A stretch of 64,000 nucleotides of DNA. Source: an uncultured Clostridia bacterium. Lineage in GTDB: Bacteria > Bacillota > Clostridia > Christensenellales > UBA1242. The translations under genes and the position numbers were made by a program. The stretch covers positions 6,512 to 70,511 of the forward strand of contig CALVZQ010000001.1 in NCBI GenBank assembly GCA_944372585.1, written 5' to 3'. This document shows positions 8,560 to 18,900 of the stretch, in pieces. Below the pieces are notes generated by a model. It was not told where the DNA came from and ran no database searches. It saw only the letters and a program-made list of their open reading frames with translations. Each line of letters starts with the position of its first letter. Position 1 is the stretch's first letter.

Positions 8560-9672
8560 ATGGAAGAAAATGACCTTGGGCTCATTGTTTTGAAAAGTTT
8601 TGCTGACAGAGGAAAAGAAGTTAATGACTACATTTCGGCTTTTAGGGAAGAGAAAGGGAAAAACTATTTGATTGATTATGACAATCCTCGTTTTAGCAAT
8701 GGTGAGGCAAAAGTCAAAATTAATGAAACAGTAAGAAATAAAGACATCTACATTTTGGCCGATATTGGAAATTATTCTTGTACATACAATCTCTATGGAA
8801 ATATCAATCACATGTCGCCAGACGAACATTTTCAAGATGTCATCAGGACAATCTCAGCAATAAGCGGAAAGGCGAAAAGCATCACTGTTTTTTTGCCTTT
8901 GATGTATGCTTCTCGTCAACACAGAAGGAAGGGAAGAGAATCTCTTGATTGTGCCATGGCATTAAAATACTTGGAAAATTTGGGCGCGCACAATGTTTTG
9001 ACCTTTGATGTGCATGATCCAAACATTCAAAATGTTATGCCAACCAGAAGTTTTGACACTATTTCTCCAATTTATTGTGTTTTGAAAGAATTTATACGAA
9101 ACGAATATAAAGAAATTGGAAAAGATAAAATGATTGTGATAAGTCCAGATGCTGGGGCTATTGAAAGAGCAACAATGTATGCCAGCGTTCTCGGGCTTGA
9201 TTTGGGACTTTTCTACAAAAGAAGGGATTATTCAATTGTTGTTAATGGGAAAAATCCAATCTTGCAACACGATTATATCGGAAATGATGTTAAAGACAAA
9301 AACATCTTGATTGTCGATGACATGATTGCCTCTGGTGAAAGTGTCATTGATATAATCAAACAACTCAAAGCAAGAGGGTGTGCAAAGGTTTATGTGGTCA
9401 CAACTTTTGCATTTTTCACAGAAGGTGTTGCCAAATTCAACAAACTTTATGAAGAAGGAAATTTGACAAGTGTCTACAGCACAAACGCGTCATATTTGAG
9501 CGATGACGTGAAGAATGCACCTTGGTTTTGTGAAGTGTCACTGACAAAATTTATTGCCAAAATCATCATGACATTGAATGAAGGGAAAAGCATTAGCGAA
9601 TATATTTCATCAACTGAGAAAATTAAAAAATTATATAAAAAATATTCAAACAAATTAAAAAAGAATGATTGA
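8560..9672 (+). CDS. prs: ribose-phosphate pyrophosphokinase (long form)
   Basis: PRPP synthetase landmarks: NPRFSNGEAKVKINETVRNKDIYI, RQHRR flexible loop, PRPP-binding IVDDMIASGES. Confidence 0.8.
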   Translation: MEENDLGLIVLKSFADRGKEVNDYISAFREEKGKNYLIDYDNPRFSNGEAKVKINETVRNKDIYILADIGNYSCTYNLYGNINHMSPDEHFQDVIRTISAISGKAKSITVFLPLMYASRQHRRKGRESLDCAMALKYLENLGAHNVLTFDVHDPNIQNVMPTRSFDTISPIYCVLKEFIRNEYKEIGKDKMIVISPDAGAIERATMYASVLGLDLGLFYKRRDYSIVVNGKNPILQHDYIGNDVKDKNILIVDDMIASGESVIDIIKQLKARGCAKVYVVTTFAFFTEGVAKFNKLYEEGNLTSVYSTNASYLSDDVKNAPWFCEVSLTKFIAKIIMTLNEGKSISEYISSTEKIKKLYKKYSNKLKKND

Positions 9673-9690
9673 TTTCATTCTTTTTTTGTT

Positions 9691-10446
9691 TCATTTTATG
9701 ATTACGGTTATTATGCCAATTATTTTGCTCTGATAAATGATTTCAACAAGACCATTTTCGTTTGCCAGAATTTTCCAACTATTAAACCCATCGACCAGTT
9801 TTGATATGGTTATGTCTTGATTGGATTTGAAAGTGCAATCGTTCCAGTTTTCAAATTCGTCTGACGATAGACGAAAATAGCAATTCTCTCCTTTTGATAA
9901 AGTTATTGTCGTTTTTTCAATTTCACAACCTGATTGGTTGAAAATTTCAAAATTGATTATGGCATTTTCTTCATCAGTCGGTGGTGTTGGTTTTTCAGGT
10001 GTTGGAGTTTCTGGCTCCTCTGTTTCATCTGGTGGTTGTGGGGTGTCAGTTGATGGGTGGTCATTGTTTCCATCATCAACATCTGGAGGGGACGATTCTT
10101 CGTCTATGACGGTTATTTTACACTCACAAGTTGCAATGGTTTGATTATACTTTGCAAAAAATTCTATTGTTGTTGTCCCTTCTTTCAGTCCCTTGAGTTT
10201 GAATCCATCTGATGAAACAATGTTTTCATTTTCTATATCAAAAGTCACAATTGCATATGGGTTTGAAACATTGAATTTGAGATTGATTTCTTCGTTGACA
10301 TGAATAATTACATCGTTTGAGTTTATGGAAAGAGATTCTGCTTTTTGCTTTGGCAGAAAAATAATAAGACCAATGATTATAAAAATGCTCAGAAAAATGC
10401 ATGGGCAGACAATTTTTATCATGATATCTTTTGTTTTCACTTTCAT
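9691..10446 (-). CDS. membrane-anchored protein with an Ig-like (Big_2-like) domain and a Pro/Thr/Glu linker
   Basis: N-terminal TM helix, an Ig-like segment (LKGLKEGTTTIEFFAKY), and a PPDVDD...PETPTPEKPTPPTDEE linker. Confidence 0.55.
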   Translation of the reverse strand: MKVKTKDIMIKIVCPCIFLSIFIIIGLIIFLPKQKAESLSINSNDVIIHVNEEINLKFNVSNPYAIVTFDIENENIVSSDGFKLKGLKEGTTTIEFFAKYNQTIATCECKITVIDEESSPPDVDDGNNDHPSTDTPQPPDETEEPETPTPEKPTPPTDEENAIINFEIFNQSGCEIEKTTITLSKGENCYFRLSSDEFENWNDCTFKSNQDITISKLVDGFNSWKILANENGLVEIIYQSKIIGIITVIIK

Positions 10447-10567
10447 AATATAACAAATTTTGATGTATTTTTGTCAAATGTGGCGTCACTTTTTTATATT
10501 TTTTTGATATTTTGTCGAAATTATATTTTTTAATGATTCAAAATAATCAAAAAAGTTGTGCTATTTA

Positions 10568-10576
10568 TGATATAAT
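10568..10576 (+). promoter_or_regulatory. extended -10 promoter 6 nt upstream of the ATG (candidate leaderless mRNA)
   Basis: TGATATAAT, then taaagc, then ATG at 10583. No RBS. Confidence 0.45.
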
Positions 10577-10582
10577 TAAAGC

Positions 10583-11857
10583 ATGGAAAATGAAATAGTT
10601 GATATTTATGACATTTCTTATGAAGGTTCAGGAGTTGGAAAACTTGATGGGCAAGTTGTCTTTGTGCCCAAGACCTTGAAAGGAGAAAAGGTTGAGATTT
10701 CAATCATTAAGAAAAACAAATCTTTTTTGCTTGCAAAGTTGAGCAATGTCCTTAATCCAAGTGCTGAGAGAATTGAACCTAGGTGTCCATATTTTGAAAA
10801 ATGTGGTGGTTGTGATTTTCAGCATTGCAGTTATCAGCATGAGCGAGAGTTAAAAACTGAAATTTTAAGAAAAGAGATGTCGAAAATCGGTTATATTGGA
10901 GATATTTCTTATCAAGAAAGCAAGAATAGATTTTTTTACCGCAATAAAATCAAGTTGGAATTTTTCAATGGAGAACTGGGATATTTCAAAAGCAAATCTC
11001 ATTCTTTTTTTGGCATTGAATGTTGTCCTATTGCGACGGAAATGATTAACAAATCTATACCTGTTGTGAAAAGGTTTATCAGTTCAAATGATTGTTTTGG
11101 ACTTAAGAGTGTTTACTTCAAACAACTGCAAAACAATCTTTCAATTTGTTTTTTATTTGACAAGAAAATTGTGAAAAGTGCACAAAAAACGATAAAAAAC
11201 TTGAAAAATATTGAAATTTTTGGCGATTTTTCAATTTATTTCGCATTTGGAGAAATTTTGGAAAGTGATTCAACAAAAATTTTTTGCGTGAAACAGGGGA
11301 AATGTCTTAAACAAATCTATGATGGAATCACATTTGAGTTTGATGTCTCTTCTTTTAATCAGGTCAACGACGAAATTGCAAAGAAATTGTATGATTATGT
11401 TGCAAGCAAAGTTGAAGGGAAGCGGGTTGTTAATGCATATTCTGGGCAAGGGCTTTTGACATACATTTTGTCTCAAAATGCAAAATTTGTGTATGGAATT
11501 GAATATCAAAAATCAGCACACATGAGTGCAGAAAAAATGAAAGAGCAAGTGCAAGATTACAAAATTGAGAATATTTGCGGGAAGGTTGAAGAAGAAATTG
11601 CAAAAATATTGCAAAGAGACAAGATTGATTGTGTTGTGCTTGACCCATCAAGAGAGGGCTGCGAAAATTCTGTCTTGAACGAAATGAATCAAAGTGAGAT
11701 TATAAAAGTTGTGTATGTTTCTTGCAATTTTTCAACTTTGGTCAGAGATTTGAAAATTTTGAAAGATTTTTATGACATTGAAAGCGTCAAAATTTTTGAT
11801 ATGTTTCCTTGCACTGCAAATATGGAAACGGTTGTCATTCTGAGAAGAAAAGTATGA
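10583..11857 (+). CDS. 23S rRNA (uracil-5-)-methyltransferase, RumA/RlmCD family
   Basis: TRAM domain at the N-terminus, Fe-S cysteines CPYFEKCGGCDFQHC, and a C-terminal SAM-MTase with a conserved DPSREG-type motif (VLDPSREGC). Confidence 0.8.
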   Translation: MENEIVDIYDISYEGSGVGKLDGQVVFVPKTLKGEKVEISIIKKNKSFLLAKLSNVLNPSAERIEPRCPYFEKCGGCDFQHCSYQHERELKTEILRKEMSKIGYIGDISYQESKNRFFYRNKIKLEFFNGELGYFKSKSHSFFGIECCPIATEMINKSIPVVKRFISSNDCFGLKSVYFKQLQNNLSICFLFDKKIVKSAQKTIKNLKNIEIFGDFSIYFAFGEILESDSTKIFCVKQGKCLKQIYDGITFEFDVSSFNQVNDEIAKKLYDYVASKVEGKRVVNAYSGQGLLTYILSQNAKFVYGIEYQKSAHMSAEKMKEQVQDYKIENICGKVEEEIAKILQRDKIDCVVLDPSREGCENSVLNEMNQSEIIKVVYVSCNFSTLVRDLKILKDFYDIESVKIFDMFPCTANMETVVILRRKV

Positions 11858-11932
11858 TTCCTGCCGGTCTTTTGATTGGTTTTAAATTGAAAAAGTGTCA
11901 CATATAATATTTAAAAAAATTTAACTATTTTG

Positions 11933-11961
11933 TTGACATAAACTTCTGACTGTGTTATGAT
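11933..11961 (+). promoter_or_regulatory. promoter of the 321-aa/2,349-aa operon
   Basis: TTGACA, 17 nt, TATGAT, preceded by TG (extended -10). Confidence 0.55.
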
Positions 11962-12045
11962 ATAAACTGAAATCATATATAGTGAAATTTTGACTGAAAT
12001 TGAAGGCAAATAATATATGATAATAAATTGAATTTGAGGTTGTCT

Positions 12046-12993
12046 GTGACACTTTTTAATAAAAAAATAATGAGTTATATTTTGATTTTTGCCATCGCAG
12101 CGGTGACAGGTCTTGCTGTCGGCAAAATTTATGTTGATAATTTGGAAGCACCTTCGACAGTAAGTGCGGAAGAATCTTCGCTGAGAGATGCGGATTCCAC
12201 AATAAGAGAATGGGTTGACAGGGCAGAGGGTGGTGCATCTGTCGATTCTTTCACAGTTGTCCAGCTTTATAATATTGCTGAATATAAACTTACTCATTCT
12301 GAAGATTATTATTCTGGAAAGTTCTACAAACTTATGACTGGGGTTGTCAATGCACCAATGGGAATCAAACAACAAATGAGAAGTGAAAAATTTTATGACA
12401 ATGGAACTTTTCTCTATAACAAGTTGAGTCCTTCCACTTCAAGTTTGGCACCTGCAATTTGTTCGAGAGTTGTTTATGACAAGAATTCTGGAGTGATCAA
12501 AATCAATCCAAAAGGAACTTTTGTTGACGGTGCAGATGTTATCACAGGTGTTTTTGATGCAAACAATTATGTTGACTACACGATGGAAGAATATAAGGCA
12601 ATTTTCAACACCGAACCTTCCACTGTTATGCCATATATCATTTCGACAATAACTTGTGGACAAAACAAGGTTAGTCCTGTGACAAAAAATGCAGATGGAA
12701 CATATTCTTTCAGCATTGCCATTGACGGCGACTATCTCGCTTTGGCTGCACTTTATTATTCTTATGAAATCAAGTTTTCAAGTGGTATGGCAGACCCTCC
12801 AAAGTGGGTTTCTTTGAATATGGACATAACCATCGATGAAAATTTCAATTTTGTCGGCATTGATTATACTGAAGTTTACAAAATGAATGTTTCTGGAATT
12901 GGAATGATGACCGTTACTGATGAATTTTCTGACCAATTCTTTTTTGGAACAGATGTTCCAAATTTTGTCGACGAAATCAAGGAGGTGTTATAA
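12046..12993 (+). CDS. hypothetical N-terminally anchored protein, partner of the giant protein
   Basis: A GTG with a GAGG RBS 6 nt upstream (the track uses TTG 12028; ATG 12070 is also possible). Single TM YILIFAIAAVTGLAV. TAATG overlap with the next gene. Confidence 0.6.
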   Translation: MTLFNKKIMSYILIFAIAAVTGLAVGKIYVDNLEAPSTVSAEESSLRDADSTIREWVDRAEGGASVDSFTVVQLYNIAEYKLTHSEDYYSGKFYKLMTGVVNAPMGIKQQMRSEKFYDNGTFLYNKLSPSTSSLAPAICSRVVYDKNSGVIKINPKGTFVDGADVITGVFDANNYVDYTMEEYKAIFNTEPSTVMPYIISTITCGQNKVSPVTKNADGTYSFSIAIDGDYLALAALYYSYEIKFSSGMADPPKWVSLNMDITIDENFNFVGIDYTEVYKMNVSGIGMMTVTDEFSDQFFFGTDVPNFVDEIKEVL

Positions 12994-15900
12994 TGGAAGG
13001 ACCTATCAGAAAACACCATGATTTTTTCCCTCGCATGTTTAAGGCGTTTACACTTTATTTTGTGATTACATTGTCTGTTTTCTTTGGTTATGTTCAAATT
13101 TTTGGGGACGTGAAACCAAATGTTATCACAATTCCAACAGATGGTGCTGATGCAGAAAATGATACTTTGTTTGGCAACTTTGTTGAGAAAATTGCAGAAT
13201 TTGACAACATTGACACCGATTTTGATTTGACACTGGAAAATTCTGAATTCAGTTTGTCCGCACAAGGAAATGTTGTTTACGACCTAGGCTCTGGAGATTT
13301 GTCCTTAGATGTTGATTTGATTTATAATCAACAATATTTTGACGTGCAAGTTTCTTATGTTTCTCCAAATGTCTATTTGTCTATTGACGAAAGCACCTAC
13401 AAATTTGATGCATCAGAAGATTTGGATCTAAGCAGTTTGCTCGATTTTGTGATGAACAACATTGAAATTGACACAAGTTTTATTGAAGACATTGGAAATT
13501 ATCTAGGCATTGATTTGGTCAACTTTGACCCTAATTCTTTGCTCACAAAACTTAAGATTGAAGAAAGTCAGAATGAAGAAAATGGAGAAATAATCTTTGT
13601 TATTGGACTTGGAAACAATCTCAGTGCCAGAATGGTTTGTGACTCAGAATTCAACATTAAATCAATCAAATTGAAGGATATGTTTGTTGCCGGAAGCACC
13701 GTCAAGTTCAGTGCTGATGTCAACAAAATGAACAAAGATGATGTTGTTGTCGACTATATAGAAACGGGTGATGAAGTTGACATGTCAGGAATCACTCTTT
13801 ACAAAAATTATGCAAAAAATCTGTTTGCGAATGATTTTGTGATGTCAAATGTTGCAATCAGTGTGGATAACGAGACTTATTATGCAAATGTTTATCTTGA
13901 CAACTCAAATTCTACAAAAGTGAAAATTGAAACCTCTTTAAAAGGTGTCGATGTTTCATTAGTTTATTCTGACAATGTGATTTATGTTGATGTTGCAAAC
14001 TTGAAGTTGAGTTTCAATGCTGAAGATTATCCTGTTTGGGAAGATACCATCAATGAGATCCTTGAAAAGCACACTTCAAAGACAGTTTCACAAATCGTCT
14101 CTGAATTTGTTTCACAATATGTTGGAATTGACGAAGAGGGGATTGATGGGCAACAAGTTTTGATGCAAATTTTGGGCATTGTGTTTGATAATGCCGAAAG
14201 TGTTTCTGACTATTTGCCTTCTTCAACCGAAATGACGGAAGATGCTTTTTCGATGATTTGGAACAATGGTCTTGTTATCAATTTGAATGGCGCTGACAAT
14301 CAACTTGTGGGTATAAATGTGATGTTTGACAAAGTTGACATTGACGCGAAATTTGAGATTGTCGAAAAAGGATTTGAAGTTGACGGAAATTATTATGATC
14401 TATCAAACTTGCTTCCTCTTTCAAACGTCGTAGACGAAATTTTGGGGACAAATCAATTTGGAGGTCAAGCAGGAATCACATTCAATGATTTTGTGGTTAA
14501 GGCAAATTATGTAGTTGATTTTTCAAATGGAATTCTGGCAAAGATTTCTACACAGATTTTTGGTGAAAATGTGTCAATCTATCTCAATAACAACCAAATT
14601 TTCATATCTGTTGGAGAGGTGGTTGTTGAAGGCAATATTGATGATTTGGAAAACTATATTGCAAAAATTGACAGCATTTTTGGAACAGATTTAACCAATC
14701 AAGTTGCAAGTTCTGATATTGAAGTTGGCGTTCAGGGTTTGATTGGGAAATTGTCCGAAATCTTGAACGAGTTGAAATTGGCGGAATCTGAAGGTGTTAT
14801 TGCACTGATTGAATATTTAGCAAACAAGGCATACATCTGGGTTGACGGAAACAATGTTGTATTGACTTTTGAGAACCAAACAATTTCTGCTGAAGTTTAT
14901 GTTGGAGCAACATATGAAACAATCAGTCTTCCTTCTGCAACTGACAAGACTGATGATGTCTTGAACAAGATAGAGAATGTCAAAAATTATATTGACACAA
15001 AACAATATGCTTTTGAGTTTGCTGTTTCATATGATGAAATGAATCTTTCTGGTGCCATTCAAATAGATTTGAAAAACAGTGTATTTGCGATATATGGTGT
15101 CGAAATTGGTGGAAATGAATTGGCAATCATATATTCGGACAACACTGCATATGTTGACTATGCAGGCTTGAAAATAAAATTGCAAGCAGAAAACTTGGCG
15201 CAGATTTTTGAAATAGTAAATGCAATTTTGAAAGCAAATGGAATGAATGACAATGTTGATGTTTCAGTTGCATTGACGGAAATTTTTGAGGAAAATGTTG
15301 AGGAATTATCGTTGCAAGAACTTTTATCAATGATTGAAATTGATGTTGCCGGAAGTCTTGACGAACTCAAGCTTGATTTGAAATTTGATTCGGAAAGTGG
15401 AGTTTATGCAACCGGCGATGTTGGTTTTGTTGATGATATGATTGAAAGTGTTGACTTGCTTGTCAATGAAAAAATCAGTATCAACCTCAATGTTGTTCCT
15501 TTTGAAACTTCTGAAATTTCCGATTCCGAATATTATGATTTGACAAGTGTAAACAAAGGAACTGTCACATTATCATATCAAAAAGGCGATGAAAAGGTTG
15601 ATGTTGTTGCAGATGTTGAAATTGCTTTGACTGATAAGATTTATGTTAAACTTTCAGCAAAAGTTTTAAATGAAAAATTTGAAGTTATTATCTACAACAA
15701 TATGCTCTATGCCCAAGTTGGCGATTTGTGTTTTGCAACAAACTTTGAAAATGCAAAAGAACTCTATGATTATATTGTTGATTTGTTTGCCATAGCCATT
15801 CCTGAGGTTGACATAGAAAATGTTTTGAAAGATGTTGATTTGAACCTTGTAAACATTTTTGATGTCGCAGGTTTGAGTGTTTTGGGCGACAATGAAAAGT

Positions 15901-18900
15901 TGCAAGTCGAATATGCAATCAACGAAAATTTGAAAGTTTCATTGAACATATTTGACGGACAAACAATTGAAGAGATTGTTGTTCCTGAGCAATATGAAGA
16001 TTTGAAAGTGCTTTTACCAAAAATAAAAGCTTTGATTGACTATGCTTCTAAGGGTGTTTTTGAGTTTGATTTCTCTCTTGCATACAACACTTTGACATTT
16101 GATGGAACATTTAAATATTTTGATGGCAACTTTGAAATTTCAAATATGGTTGTCCTTGGCGAAAATGTCCTTATCAGATTGCAAGGCAAAACATTGTATT
16201 TTGCTTTTGGAAACATGAAACTTAAATTTGATTTGACAGATACGTCAACATCAAGTGTGGATATTTTTGAAACATTAAACAAAATCACTTCTGACTCACT
16301 TGGTGTGGTTATCGACTTTGGAGTTTTTGAAGAATTGCTCAACATTGCAACCGCATACACTTTGGAAGATTATTTGAATAAGATTATCTTGGATATCTCA
16401 GGAAATTCCGAACTGATTAATATTCTCATTTCCAACAAAAAAGAATATACCGCTTCTCAAATTTTGAGTGTCGGTGTTGCATTCAATGGCAACGATTTGA
16501 GCAAAATTGATTTAAACATCTATGATGTCATAAAAGCACAACTTTCTTTGAGAAAAACAGATGTTTCTACGATCTCTGAATTTGTTGAAGAAGATTATAA
16601 AGATTATTCTGAAAATTTTGTAGACGGAATTTTAAACAGTTTGAAAGTTGAAGAGGGAGTTTATGCTTTCAACAGTGACATTTCAATAAGATATAGCAAC
16701 AATCAATTCTATGGCGAACTTGTGGCAATGCTTGTTGAGAGTGAAAATGGCGTTGTTGGAAATTATATGCCGGCAGTTTCTCTTCACACCACATCACTTG
16801 GACTGAACAGTTATATCTATCTGATTGGAAAAGATATCTACATCGACATCAATGGTTTGCAGGTGACAGCAGATTTGAGTGAAACAACGATTAACGAAAT
16901 TATTGATTTCCTTGAACAAAATTTTGGATTATCATTGACAGAGAATGCAGAAGTCTTGGAAGCAACAACTGAAGTTTTCAAAGTGATCTTGCCAGCATTT
17001 GATAGAATTTATGGAACTTGGGTTTCTGGTGATGTTGGCGATGGACTTCAAATTGATATTGACAGTGATTTGTGGTATACAGAAAGTGCCAGATTCTATG
17101 ATATTGTTGTTCAGGCCTTTGTTCAAAACATCGAGAACACAATTGTTCCAACAAAGATTGTTGTGGGAGCAAATATTGAAGATGAAAACACTACGACATA
17201 TAATGATTATAGTGAATATTGGCTGAAAGACGGAGAAATTGTGATTGAAAGCGAAATCACACAAAAACTCAATTTCGCAGTGTATTTGACCAATGTCATA
17301 GTTGGGAAAAATGTTGAAGGACTTGAAGGAATTTTTGTTGGAGAAAGTTATCAGTCAATTTCCGCTTTGAAGTCTAATTTTGGAACAACAAAATTGGAAG
17401 AATATAATTCTTATGAAGTTGCACTTGATGCTGCCAAGGCGGTTTATGATTATGCAATGTCTTTGCAATATCAGGCAAGAGTTGACGTTACTATCAAAGG
17501 AGAGAATTCAACAAAAATTGGCGCAAATGTGATTGCTTCTGTGACTGATGATGTCGACAAAAAAGCACAATTCAAACTTTTTGATGACAAAATTTTGAAG
17601 GTTCATGGTGATCTTGATATTTATGCAAATTATGGAACTCAAAATGAGGTTCTGCATCAATTATCAATTCTTTATGACAACTTAGAAACTGGACTTTTTG
17701 CAACCTATTCGCATGGAGATCACATTGGTGTTAATGACTTTAAGGCTAAAATTTCAAATGCCAACATGAGTGAAATCATTTCAATGATTGTCAAGTTTGC
17801 CGATTTGAATCTCAGTAAAGAAACAATGGAGGCACTCAATTTGAGTGAATGCCCAACGGATTTCAGATATTTGAGAAGTTTACTTGGAATGACAAAGCAT
17901 GTGACCGACGGGGAAATTTCGGAAGTTGACAAAGTGTTGTCTTCTGTTACGGAAATGACCAAAATTTTGAAAGAAATCAAACTTGAGAAAGTGCAAATTG
18001 ATGGCACAGATTTGTTTGAAACCAGACTTTCTTTGAAAATTCTTTGGGAAGAGGAAATTGCACAAATAATCGTATTGTTGAGAGAAGAAAAGTCTACAGA
18101 TGGGGCGGTGAACTTGGCTTTGCGAGAAATCTCAATCAGCAACTTCAATTTTGGTGGAAGCAAGATTGATGTGGTCATCTATCTCGAGGATTATGATGAA
18201 ACCAATTATGACTATGACACAAGTGCAGAACACATAGATTTCAGTGAAATTTCTTCATTTATGAATGTTGCTGTGAACACACTAAACACTCAAGGTTTCA
18301 GTTTTACCGGCTCTGCAGATGTGGCAATTGGTTCTTGGAACGCAATCACTGTCAATTATGATTTGTTTGTGTCTCTTGATGACGTTGGAGAAGTGTATTT
18401 CTATCTTGAGTTGGACGTTCCTTCTTTCGCAGACATAACTTATGATCTGGGAGGATTTGGTTCGACTTTCACCTATTATTCGGCGGCCGCAGGTTTTGAC
18501 AACAGAATTTCGGTTCTTGAATTTAAAGATGGCATTTTGAATGTGACACAAACGACTTATGGATACAGAGAGACAATCTTTTCATCAAGGGAAACAAGGG
18601 TTAAATCATGGACTCACAGCGCAGACCAAATTGGAACTGACATAATGTTGATTATGGCAGAGGCTCTTGGTCTCACAGACACAATTTACGACGCAATCAA
18701 AGGGCTTATTGCAAGCATGAATCCAAATCCATCATTGGAAGAAACAATTTTAGGCTTCTCAAAAACAAATGGTGGATACACCCTCAGTCTTGATGGAGAA
18801 ACATTGACTGGAAGCGACAGCTTCAGAGATTTTGATGTTATACTCGGACTGTCTGACACCTATTATGATCTTGATGGGAAATCATATCAATTTATTGACA

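Noticed and set aside
12028-12045. TTG at 12028 as the start of the 321-aa gene.
   Set aside because: The GTG at 12046 has a GAGG 6 nt upstream and still leaves a basic N-terminus before the TM helix. The true start remains uncertain, and ATG 12070 is also possible.
13862-13870. Perfect DnaA box TGTGGATAA inside the giant-protein gene.
   Set aside because: It is a single isolated 9-mer in coding sequence. By my rough estimate, about one such chance occurrence is expected in 64 kb of AT-rich DNA.
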